Below, piece by piece: positions 37,643 through 46,240 of a stretch of 64,000 nucleotides of DNA. Both the position numbers and the translations under genes were made by a program. The stretch is taken from assembly GCA_034178705.1 (NCBI GenBank), contig JAXFQY010000004.1, forward strand, positions 5,987 through 69,986. The letters are read 5' to 3'. This stretch comes from Eubacteriales bacterium (lineage in GTDB: Bacteria; Bacillota; Clostridia; Oscillospirales; CAG-272). The notes under the pieces are model-generated. The model did not search any database. It worked only from the letters and a program-made list of their open reading frames with translations, and was not told the origin of the DNA. Each line of letters starts with the position of its first letter. Within the stretch, counting starts at the first letter, position 1.

Positions 37643-40600
37643 TCAGCTGTAGAGCTGACCGATCTTGGTCAAGCGCTCATACTTTGCCTTTGCCGCCTCG
37701 GCAGCTTCCTCAAAGAGCACCTTAGCGCGCTCCGGGAACTGCTGTGCAAGACGTGCATAGCGGACTTCAGACTGAATAAAGTCAATGTAGCTTGCGGAAG
37801 GAGCCTTGGAGTCGATCACAAACTTTGCCTCGCCCTCAAGCTGCGGGTTGAAGCGGAACATGTGCCAGTAGCCAGCCTCAACCGCCTTCTTCATTTCGAG
37901 CTGGCAGTTCTGCATACCGCCCTTAACACCGTGCATCTCACACGGAGCATAGCCGATAATCAGGGACGGTCCGTGATAAGCCTCAGCCTCGCGAAGTGCC
38001 TTCAAAGTCTGATTCATATCCGCACCCATGGCAATCTGTGCCACATAGACATAGCCGTAGGACATGGCAATTTCCGCGAGATTCTTCTTTCCGATCGACT
38101 TACCGGCAGCAGCAAACTGCGCAACCTGACCGATCTGAGAAGCCTTGGACGCCTGTCCGCCGGTGTTGGAATAAACCTCGGTATCGAAGACCATCACATT
38201 GACATCCTCACCGGAAGCGAGAACATGATCCAGCCCGCCGAAGCCGATATCATATGCCCAACCGTCACCGCCGAAGATCCAAACGGATTTCTTTGCAAGG
38301 TAATCCTTGCTTTCCAGAATCTCCTTAGAGGCTTCACAACCTGCAGCAGCCCATTTCTCAAGGAGAGCAATGAGAGCGTCGGCAGCCTTCGCATTTGCAG
38401 CGCCGTCGTCAACGGTATTGAGATATGCATCGATCACTGCACGGTCAGCAGCATCGTCCGCCTTCAGAGCTTTGATTTTCTCAATAGCGCGATTGCGGAT
38501 CGTCTTCTGTCCGAGGGCGATACCGAGACCGTGCTCGGCATTGTCCTCAAAGAGGGAATTCGCCCATGCCGGACCCTTACCCGTTTCACGGTTGACTGTA
38601 TACGGAGTAGCCGGTGCAGAACCGCCCCAAATGGAGGAACAGCCGGTCGCGTTGGAAATATACATTCTCTCGCCGAAGAGCTGTGTGATCAGACGGGCAT
38701 AGGAGGTCTCCGCACAGCCGGCGCAGGAACCGGAGAACTCAAGCAGCGGCTGCTTGAACTGGCTTCCCTTGACAGTTGTGTTGTTGATCAGCTCCGGCTT
38801 TTCGGATACGTTCTTGACGGCATAATCGAAAGCCTTCTGCTGATCGAGCTGGGTTTCAATCGGAACCATCTCAAGAGCGCGCTTCTCGGGCTTGGTCGGG
38901 CAAGCCTTGACGCAAAGCGTACACCCCATACAATCGAGAGGGCTTACCGCCATGGTGAACTTATAATCGGTTTTGATTACCGGCTTTGCAGCGAATTTTG
39001 TCTCGGCAGGTGCATGCGCAGCCTCATCCGCGTTCATTGCGAAAGGACGGATTGCAGCATGCGGGCAGACAAATGCACAGTTGTTGCACTGTACGCAGTT
39101 TTCTTCGTGCCACACCGGAACACTGACAGCAACACCGCGCTTATCGAAAGCAGCAGCACCCTGCGGATAGTGGCCGTCGGCGCAGTCCTTGAAGGCGGAA
39201 ACAGGGAGAGAGTCGCCAGCCATCCCGTTGACCGGACGGACAATGCGATTGACAAAGTCGGCAAGCTCCGGACGCTTATCCACAACGGGAGCAAGCGGCG
39301 CATCATCCGGGCAGGTAGCCCACGCAGCGGGAACGTCAACCTTTACGGTTGCATCGGCACCGGCATCAATTGCAGCGTAGTTAAGGTCAACAATCGCCTG
39401 ACCCTTTTTGATATAGGATTTGTACGCCATCTTCTTCATGTAGCCAATGGCCTCATCCTTCGGGAGAATGCCGGCGAGCGAGAAGAAGGCAGACTGCAGA
39501 ACGGTATTTTTAACCTTGACATTGCCGATGCGCTTTGCCGCAATACCGGTCGCATCGATGATGTAGAAGTTGATTTTGTTCTTGGCAATATACTGCTTGA
39601 CACGGGAGGGAAGCTCACGATCAAGCTCGTCCGCTGTCCACGGGCAGTCAAGCAGGAAGACGCCGTTCGGCTTAAGGTCGGTAATCATGCTGTCGTACTT
39701 TGTCAGATAAGCATGATTGTGGCAGGCAACAAAGTCTGCCTTATTGATGTAGTACGGGCTCTTGATCGGAGAATCGCCGAAACGCAGATGGGAAACGGTA
39801 AAGCCGCCGGTCTTTTTGGAGTCGTACTGGAAATAAGCCTGAATATACTTATCGGTATGGTCTCCGATGATCTTGATGGAGTTCTTGTTCGCACCGACGG
39901 TTCCGTCACCGCCGAGACCCCAGAATTTGCAGGAGATTGTCCCTTTCGGAGCGGTATCCGGACTCTTCTTCTCCGGCAGAGAATGACCGGTCAAATCATC
40001 CACAATGCCGATTGTGAAGTCCTTTTTCGGATTCTTCTTCGCCAGATTGTCAAATACGGCAAAGATTGAGGACGGAGGCGTATCCTTCGAACCCAGTCCG
40101 TAACGTCCCCCGATTACCTCAGCATTCACGCCCTCCTTTGCCAGAGCGGCAACAACATCGAGGTAAAGCGGCTCGCCGAGAGCACCGGGCTCCTTGGTAC
40201 GGTCAAGAACCGCAATGCGCTTGACGGTCTTCGGAAGAGCGGCAACCAGTCTGTCGGCGCAGAACGGACGGTACAGTCTGACCTTGACAAGACCGACCTT
40301 CTTACCCTTCGCCATCAGGTAGTCGATAACCTCCTCCGCAACGTCACAAACAGAGCCCATCGCAACGATGACATTTTCTGCATCCGGAGCACCGTAATAG
40401 TTGAAGAGTTTATAGTCGGTGCCGATCATCTTGTTGATCTTCTTCATGTACTTTTCGACAACAGCGGGAAGCGCATCGTAATAAGGGTTGCATGCCTCTC
40501 TGTGCTGGAAGAAGATATCACCGTTCTCTGCGGAACCGCGGAGAATCGGATGCTCGGGGTTGAGAGCCTCATTGCGGAACCTTTCCACAGCCTCACGGTT

Positions 40601-41206
40601 GAGAAGCTTGGCAAGATCCTTGTAATCCCACACCTCAATCTTCTGAATCTCATGGGAAGTACGGAAGCCGTCGAAGAAGTTGATAAACGGCACTCTTCCC
40701 TCAATCGTCGCAAGGTGTGCAACAGCACCGAGATCCATGATCTCCTGCGGGTTGGTTTCCGCGAGCATCGCAAAACCCGTCTGACGGCATGCGTACACAT
40801 CGGAATGATCGCCGAAAATGTTCAGCGCATGGGAGGCAACGCAGCGTGCCGAAACGTGAATGACGCAGGGCAACAGCTCGCCTGCAATCTTATAAAGGTT
40901 CGGAATCATCAGGAGAAGTCCCTGAGAAGCCGTATAGGTGGTCGTAAGGGCACCCGCGGCGAGGGAGCCGTGAACTGCGCCGGCAGCGCCTGCCTCGGAC
41001 TGCATTTCGATGACCTTTACCTTGTCGCCGAAAAGGTTAATCGCCGGATCACCCGCATAGTTCTTCCCTGCCGCGGACCAGGCGTCAACCTGCTCTGCCA
41101 TCGGGGAAGACGGAGTGATCGGGTAGATAGCAGCAACTTCCGTGAACGCATAGGAAACATGCGCAGCGGCAGTGTTGCCATCCATGGATAATTTCTTTCT
41201 TACCAT
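37643..41206 (-). CDS. nifJ: Pyruvate:ferredoxin (flavodoxin) oxidoreductase
   Basis: 1187-aa single-chain PFOR. MDGNTAAAHVSYAF..., two ferredoxin CxxCxxCxxxCP motifs (CVQCNNCAFVCP, CMGCTLCVKACP) and a TPP region GGDGWAYDIGFGGLDH. Confidence 0.97.
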   Translation of the reverse strand: MVRKKLSMDGNTAAAHVSYAFTEVAAIYPITPSSPMAEQVDAWSAAGKNYAGDPAINLFGDKVKVIEMQSEAGAAGAVHGSLAAGALTTTYTASQGLLLMIPNLYKIAGELLPCVIHVSARCVASHALNIFGDHSDVYACRQTGFAMLAETNPQEIMDLGAVAHLATIEGRVPFINFFDGFRTSHEIQKIEVWDYKDLAKLLNREAVERFRNEALNPEHPILRGSAENGDIFFQHREACNPYYDALPAVVEKYMKKINKMIGTDYKLFNYYGAPDAENVIVAMGSVCDVAEEVIDYLMAKGKKVGLVKVRLYRPFCADRLVAALPKTVKRIAVLDRTKEPGALGEPLYLDVVAALAKEGVNAEVIGGRYGLGSKDTPPSSIFAVFDNLAKKNPKKDFTIGIVDDLTGHSLPEKKSPDTAPKGTISCKFWGLGGDGTVGANKNSIKIIGDHTDKYIQAYFQYDSKKTGGFTVSHLRFGDSPIKSPYYINKADFVACHNHAYLTKYDSMITDLKPNGVFLLDCPWTADELDRELPSRVKQYIAKNKINFYIIDATGIAAKRIGNVKVKNTVLQSAFFSLAGILPKDEAIGYMKKMAYKSYIKKGQAIVDLNYAAIDAGADATVKVDVPAAWATCPDDAPLAPVVDKRPELADFVNRIVRPVNGMAGDSLPVSAFKDCADGHYPQGAAAFDKRGVAVSVPVWHEENCVQCNNCAFVCPHAAIRPFAMNADEAAHAPAETKFAAKPVIKTDYKFTMAVSPLDCMGCTLCVKACPTKPEKRALEMVPIETQLDQQKAFDYAVKNVSEKPELINNTTVKGSQFKQPLLEFSGSCAGCAETSYARLITQLFGERMYISNATGCSSIWGGSAPATPYTVNRETGKGPAWANSLFEDNAEHGLGIALGQKTIRNRAIEKIKALKADDAADRAVIDAYLNTVDDGAANAKAADALIALLEKWAAAGCEASKEILESKDYLAKKSVWIFGGDGWAYDIGFGGLDHVLASGEDVNVMVFDTEVYSNTGGQASKASQIGQVAQFAAAGKSIGKKNLAEIAMSYGYVYVAQIAMGADMNQTLKALREAEAYHGPSLIIGYAPCEMHGVKGGMQNCQLEMKKAVEAGYWHMFRFNPQLEGEAKFVIDSKAPSASYIDFIQSEVRYARLAQQFPERAKVLFEEAAEAAKAKYERLTKIGQLYS

Positions 41207-41278
41207 GTTTTCCTCCAGAAAAAATATATGTTTTTTAAGTTAGCGCATAAATCGGAAGAGACACTTATGCCTCCTAAT

Positions 41279-41307
41279 ATTTTAACACCGATCGTCCGGA
41301 TTGTAAA
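41279..41307 (-). promoter_or_regulatory. Candidate nifJ promoter
   Basis: Minus-strand TTTACA (41307-41302), 17 nt, TAAAAT (41284-41279). GGAGGAAAAC RBS before the nifJ ATG. Confidence 0.55.
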
Positions 41308-41362
41308 GGCTTTTTCTATCGATTTTTTTTATTTTATAGTGTTTTTTCAGGAAATGCTTCCT

Positions 41363-41701
41363 TTATAGGGAAGCAAGTGCCGCACAAAGATCAAAAACGG
41401 GAAGAGGGGAGCGATAGACGTTGATTTTCTGTTCCCTTGCTTTTTCCAGGGCAGCAGCGTCCAGTTCCGCTCCCTCTGCCAGCAACACACAGCCGACATC
41501 GGCAAGGGATGCAACCGCAATCACGTTCACATTGGACATCACTGTGACCCAGACGCAGCCCTCCGGTGCACGTCCCATCACCCAACTGAGCAGGTCTCCG
41601 GCATATCCGCAGCAAACGACGCGATCCGCAGCTTCCTCCGTGACTGTTTCCAGTCCGAGCGCATTTTTCAGTTCACACACCTTCAGTTCTTTGATCCTCA
41701 T
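41363..41701 (-). CDS. DRTGG domain protein (copy 2)
   Basis: Internal ATG 41701 with a GGAGGG RBS. GYAGDLLSWVMGRAPEGCVWVTVMSNVNVIAVASLADVGCVLLAEG fits the DRTGG pattern. Overlaps the upstream gene's 3' end by 29 nt. Confidence 0.75.
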   Translation of the reverse strand: MRIKELKVCELKNALGLETVTEEAADRVVCCGYAGDLLSWVMGRAPEGCVWVTVMSNVNVIAVASLADVGCVLLAEGAELDAAALEKAREQKINVYRSPLPVFDLCAALASL

Positions 41702-43037
41702 GCTCGGTCCCCTCCGTTTTTTTCTCTCTTTCGACGTTTTTGGCAAATCCCCCACGCAGATCGACGTGCTCAATATCCGCAAGGCGGGAGAAAATATCCT
41801 GTATTTCTTCCCGCATCCGGAAAATACAGTCGCTCTCATACGCGGTACCGCGCACAATATCCTCAGCAAGGGCAGCACAGGAGGGAGCACCGCAGGAGCC
41901 GCAGTCAAGACCGGGAAGGGTCGCCGTCAGTTCTTTAATTCGCCGGCTCATTTCTATTGCCTGCGTACGGTCGTCATTCAGTCGGAGAGCCGGGTTATTC
42001 TCGGTTCCGCGTTCCCAACCGAGGCGCTCTGCATGCGGAACATCCTCAATATGATTCTCCGACAAGGGAAGATACTTACGGAGCTTCTGAATTCTGGCCT
42101 TTGCGATGAAGGGATTTTCAACTGCCATCACACCGCCCACACAACCGCCGCAGCAGGCATTCAGCTCGATGAATTCCAGTCCGGCAAAGTTCTCATTCTC
42201 GATTTCATCCAATACCTTGATCACATTCTCAATCCCGTCCGCTGCAAGGTAACGTTCGTTCAATAAGCCTGCCGCTTCTCCCCCCGTCGCTGCCCAGCTG
42301 ATTCCGATTACTCCGGAATGGGAAAGCAGCTCCGGACGCTTTACCTCAGGCAGAACACTGAGAAGTCTGCGGTAGATTTCGCTCATGGAAAGGACGCGAT
42401 CAACGGCACTTTTTTCAAACCCAATCGGATTTTTCACATAGCTGACCTTCGCGGGGCAGGGAGAAACAAAGAAAACTCCGATCTCCTCCGGCTTCAGGGA
42501 CGGATGCTTTTTCTGCGCCTCGCTGCGCGCAAGCCTGGCTGCAAGCTCAACCGGAGAGGCAATGGGAAGAAGATAGTCCCTCAGGTAAGGAAAGCGCACC
42601 TCCACAAGACGCACGACGGCAGGGCACGCCGTGCTTATGTACGGGTGATCGGCCTTATGCTCCGCAAGCAGGCGGCGGGTATAACCGGTAACAAGCTCCG
42701 CCGCACGGCTGACTTCAAACACCTCGTCAAATCCGCAAAGCTTCAGCCCGGTCAGGATCAGATCAATATCGTCAATGTTGTTGAACTGTCCGTAGAGCGC
42801 CGGGGCAGGCAAAACGATACGATAGGAAAACTCAGTTTTGTCAAACGGATCAAATATTGCTTTTTTAGCGTTGTGCGGGCAGATACGGATACATTCACCG
42901 CAGTCAATACAACGCTCCGGTGTAATGGCAGCCTTTCTGCCGCGTACACGGATGGCCTCCGTGGGGCAGCGTTTGATGCAATTGGTGCAACCAAGGCATT
43001 TATCCTTGTCAAGGGTAACCGAATGGATGTATTTCAC
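41673..43037 (-). CDS. [FeFe]-hydrogenase-like protein, putative sensory type (2x[4Fe-4S] ferredoxin + H-domain + C-terminal Cys4 domain)
   Basis: CLGCTNCIKRCP and CIDCGECIRICP. H-cluster motif equivalents ISTACP, SPCPAK and ELNACCGGCVGG. C-terminal LDCGSCGAPSC...C. GTG 43037 follows a GGAGGAGGG RBS (track start TTG 43058). Confidence 0.88.
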   Translation of the reverse strand: MKYIHSVTLDKDKCLGCTNCIKRCPTEAIRVRGRKAAITPERCIDCGECIRICPHNAKKAIFDPFDKTEFSYRIVLPAPALYGQFNNIDDIDLILTGLKLCGFDEVFEVSRAAELVTGYTRRLLAEHKADHPYISTACPAVVRLVEVRFPYLRDYLLPIASPVELAARLARSEAQKKHPSLKPEEIGVFFVSPCPAKVSYVKNPIGFEKSAVDRVLSMSEIYRRLLSVLPEVKRPELLSHSGVIGISWAATGGEAAGLLNERYLAADGIENVIKVLDEIENENFAGLEFIELNACCGGCVGGVMAVENPFIAKARIQKLRKYLPLSENHIEDVPHAERLGWERGTENNPALRLNDDRTQAIEMSRRIKELTATLPGLDCGSCGAPSCAALAEDIVRGTAYESDCIFRMREEIQDIFSRLADIEHVDLRGGFAKNVEREKKTEGTEHEDQRTEGV

Positions 43038-43054
43038 GGCTTTCCCTCCTCCGA

Positions 43055-43504
43055 TCAAAGAACGTTTTTCGGGCTGTCCGACAGAATCGTCATATAAACC
43101 GTTGTCCCTTTCCCGATCTCTGTCTCAATACGCATTTCGTCGCTGTAACGTTTCATGTTCGGGAGTCCCATTCCTGCGCCGAAGCCGAGCGCACGAATGT
43201 TGTCCGGAGCCGTGGAGTATCCGTCCCGCATTGCCATCTCTACATCGGCAATACCCGGCCCCTCATCCCGCAGTGTGATATCAATCCGGTCGTCGCTGAC
43301 GCTGACCTCAGCTTCTCCGCCCTCCGCATGGATCACCATGTTGATTTCTCCCTCATACATGGCTATGGCGGCACGCCGGATCACGTTCGCATCGAAGCCA
43401 AGCTGTCGCAGTTCCCTCTTCATGGAAACCGACGCTTCCCCCGCCCCGGTAAAATTATCGCCGGGAACGACATACTTCAGCCGAAGAACCTTGCTGTCAT
43501 TCAA
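43055..43504 (-). CDS. RsbW/SpoIIAB-like serine kinase ATPase (HATPase_c fold)
   Basis: 149-aa ORF. AIAMYEGEINMVIHA..., DEGPGI, and GFGAGMGLPNMKR (G1/G2 boxes). TTG start after a GGGGGAGAG RBS. Confidence 0.85.
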   Translation of the reverse strand: MNDSKVLRLKYVVPGDNFTGAGEASVSMKRELRQLGFDANVIRRAAIAMYEGEINMVIHAEGGEAEVSVSDDRIDITLRDEGPGIADVEMAMRDGYSTAPDNIRALGFGAGMGLPNMKRYSDEMRIETEIGKGTTVYMTILSDSPKNVL

Positions 43505-43850
43505 TCAGCTCTCCCCCCTTCAGCCCCGCCTCATAAAGCTTGCCGCAGGCAACATACATCCGCTCGTTTGTAGCAAGCACACAGAGACGGCAGCTCTCCG
43601 CGAGAGAGAGAACATCGGCGTCCGGGCGTTTTCCGCGCACGAACACGACGCACTGCATATCCATCATCATTGCGGTGCGGATAACCTGAGGGTTCAGAAG
43701 TCCGGTGAGAAGCACCGCCTGATCCTTGACGAAAGCAAGCACGTCGCTCATCATGTCGCTGCCGCAGGCGGACTTAACCTCCCCGTCGAGACGATCCGCG
43801 CCGCAAAGGACCTCCGCGTCCAGCAGCTCTGCAATTTTGCTGATCTTCAT
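43497..43850 (-). CDS. DRTGG domain protein (copy 1)
   Basis: GSDMMSDVLAFVKDQAVLLTGLLNPQVIRTAMMMDMQCVVFVRGKRP fits the DRTGG pattern. 8-nt overlap with the kinase gene. Confidence 0.8.
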   Translation of the reverse strand: MKISKIAELLDAEVLCGADRLDGEVKSACGSDMMSDVLAFVKDQAVLLTGLLNPQVIRTAMMMDMQCVVFVRGKRPDADVLSLAESCRLCVLATNERMYVACGKLYEAGLKGGELIE

Positions 43851-43929
43851 GTTCGTTTCCTTATCCTTTCAATCCTTTCACGCCCAGTCGGCGAAATATA
43901 GGCAAAAGTCATCGGCGACATACGCCGTA

Positions 43930-44664
43930 TCAGTTTTTCCGCCCGCAGCGGAGATAAGCAAGGAGAGCGCCCGCCGGACCAAGATCGGAAATCAACCTAT
44001 CCCCGAGGGTAACCGCGCCGCCCGCCGTTCCGATCGTCTCGGGCGTATGGGCGTCGGAATCATAGAGCACAGGCGAGCCCTCCGGCAAATATATATGGTA
44101 TTTATCATAGCTGCCCCGATCCCGAAGCTCAAATGCCGTAAACCCAGCCTCCGGAGGCACGGTTCCGAAAAAAGCAACGGCGCCGTTTGCCGTACGGTCG
44201 ATATGTGCCGGCAAAGCAACTCCTCCGAAGCTCTCGACACAGCGCTTCGCATCGTTGAAGGCAAGGTCGGTATCACCCGAAAGAAGCCAACGCTCTTCCG
44301 AGAGAATATTGTCCTCTTCGTCGCATATAAGCTGCCGTCCGAAAAAAGCAGGATCGTTCTCGGTACGGATCAGACGGGAGGAAACAAATTCGTCAAAGGC
44401 CATCACCCGCTCCAGCCTGTCAAAAAGGCAGAGGACATGAACCCCCTCCACGGTGGAAAGCTCCAGACCTCCGAGCGGGGTCAGACCGTAAAACTCCGCG
44501 GCACGGAAAAAAGCGGGGCAGTTTTTTGCGCTGTTATGATCGGTCAGTGCCGCCAGATCCAGTCCGAGAAGCTTACAGGATCCGGCGATAAAGGCAGGGG
44601 TCATGACATCATCCCCGCAGGGAGACAAGCAGGAATGAATGTGCAAATCGTACCGGATGCGCAT
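43930..44664 (-). CDS. PHP (polymerase/histidinol-phosphatase) domain metal-dependent phosphoesterase
   Basis: MRIRYDLHIHSCLSPCGDD...LTDHNS are PHP motifs. GGGAGG RBS. Confidence 0.85.
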   Translation of the reverse strand: MRIRYDLHIHSCLSPCGDDVMTPAFIAGSCKLLGLDLAALTDHNSAKNCPAFFRAAEFYGLTPLGGLELSTVEGVHVLCLFDRLERVMAFDEFVSSRLIRTENDPAFFGRQLICDEEDNILSEERWLLSGDTDLAFNDAKRCVESFGGVALPAHIDRTANGAVAFFGTVPPEAGFTAFELRDRGSYDKYHIYLPEGSPVLYDSDAHTPETIGTAGGAVTLGDRLISDLGPAGALLAYLRCGRKN

Positions 44665-44679
44665 TTTCCTATCCTCCCG

Positions 44680-46188
44680 TCAGTATGCGTCGTTGCGAAT
44701 CGTCTCCAAAGCGCCAAGCGCACCGTAATAATTCCGGAAATGAACATCAAGCAAGTCCTCTCCGGTCGTAATCGCCTGCAGAATCGTCTGCGTCGTGCCG
44801 GCGGCAAGAAGCGGGTAACGCGCGTTCAGATTTACCGCCAGATCAAAATAAGGGACATCCAGAATAATCGACAGCATCTCAACTGAGCGCTCATTGCGGG
44901 AAAAGGAATAAAAATAAGTATTCAGATAAGCTTCGGAAAGACATCCGGCAGCCCGTACATTCAGTGCCTCAATCAGAAGCGACGCCTCCGCTGTAGACTC
45001 GCTTCCCTCCGGGATGGCAAAAAGCATGGCAGAGCCCACAGTGGGAGTGACATAGGTCAGCTGCTCCTCCGAGATTTTGGGAACCGGAAGCGGAATCATT
45101 TCATCTTGTGCGTTCCGGAAGCGTCTGGCATCATACACAGAGCCGAAGAAGAAAAGAGAACGTCTGCCGCAGAAAAGCTCATATTCCGTCGGCTCGTAAT
45201 ACTCGCCGAGCTCCTCGTCGTAAAAGTTTTTTTTCTCTTCCTCAGTCAAAACACAGCCATACTGCCCACCGGAGAACAGTTCACGCATCCCCGCCACAAG
45301 GGTCTGCGGCGCTCCGACGGGAGAATAGAAGGTCATCTTTCCTGCACGGTTATCGACATACTGGACACCGCATCCTTCAAAAAACGTGAGAGAAACCGTC
45401 TCCTCGTCGTACTCGGAAAGGATACCTGTACAGGCGATATCCGAACTGCCCGCTCTCTTGGAAGCCGACAGCATCGCATCAAGGGTCCACGCCCCCTGAC
45501 GTACCGTTTCGCACAGATCGGAAAGACCGAGAGATTGGACAAGCCCATCGTTCACATAAAGGCAGCGGAAGACATCCGGATTAATCCCCGCTTCTCCGGC
45601 AATACCGTAGACTTTGCCGTCCACCGAAGCGGAAGCCACAGAGGACGGATAATAATACTCAGAGTCCAGCGTGAGAAAGGGCATTTGAGAAAGATCGGCA
45701 ACAAGACCGTCCGCAAAAAATTCCGCGAAACTGCCGGATTCAAGCAGAAGAATATCGGCATAATACAGTCCTGCCGTTTTGGCATCCTTCAGCTTTTGCG
45801 GCATATCTGCCGGCTTGTCGGCAGTAACAAGCAGAGAAATGCCGTATTTATCCTGCACCTCATTCAGCACCTTCCAACGGGCACCGTCAATCAGCGTTGA
45901 GGTGCCGGACGGTTTCGGAACTGAGGAATCCGCTGTCGCAAGAACAATCGTTTTTCCGTTCATATCATAACCGACCATCGATTGGAGCGCCTGCGACGCC
46001 TTCTCATCCGCGGACAGCTTCTCCGTCGGGGGATTGACTCCTGTATTCTCACTTGTTGCGGCAGGCGTTGTCTGCGTTTCCGTCGTCATTTCCGCCGGAC
46101 GGTTGACGACGATCAGACAGGAAGGAAGGAAAGGCATCAAAGCGCAAAGAAGCAGAGCACACAGAACAGAAACAGCATTCTTCTTCAC
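44680..46188 (-). CDS. Orphan solute-binding-protein-like lipoprotein
   Basis: MKKNAVSVLCALLLCALMPFLPSC lipobox, T/P-rich linker. About 500 aa, SBP-like, with no cognate permeases nearby. Confidence 0.8.
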   Translation of the reverse strand: MKKNAVSVLCALLLCALMPFLPSCLIVVNRPAEMTTETQTTPAATSENTGVNPPTEKLSADEKASQALQSMVGYDMNGKTIVLATADSSVPKPSGTSTLIDGARWKVLNEVQDKYGISLLVTADKPADMPQKLKDAKTAGLYYADILLLESGSFAEFFADGLVADLSQMPFLTLDSEYYYPSSVASASVDGKVYGIAGEAGINPDVFRCLYVNDGLVQSLGLSDLCETVRQGAWTLDAMLSASKRAGSSDIACTGILSEYDEETVSLTFFEGCGVQYVDNRAGKMTFYSPVGAPQTLVAGMRELFSGGQYGCVLTEEEKKNFYDEELGEYYEPTEYELFCGRRSLFFFGSVYDARRFRNAQDEMIPLPVPKISEEQLTYVTPTVGSAMLFAIPEGSESTAEASLLIEALNVRAAGCLSEAYLNTYFYSFSRNERSVEMLSIILDVPYFDLAVNLNARYPLLAAGTTQTILQAITTGEDLLDVHFRNYYGALGALETIRNDAY

Positions 46189-46240
46189 GGATTCTCCTCC
46201 CTTCGTTTTTGGATTCTTTTCATAGGCTCTCTTTTCCGCA

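Noticed and set aside
37862-40069. 735-aa plus-strand ORF
   Set aside because: It is antisense to nifJ, whose PFOR identity is unambiguous. The product is Arg/Leu/Gly-rich with no motifs.
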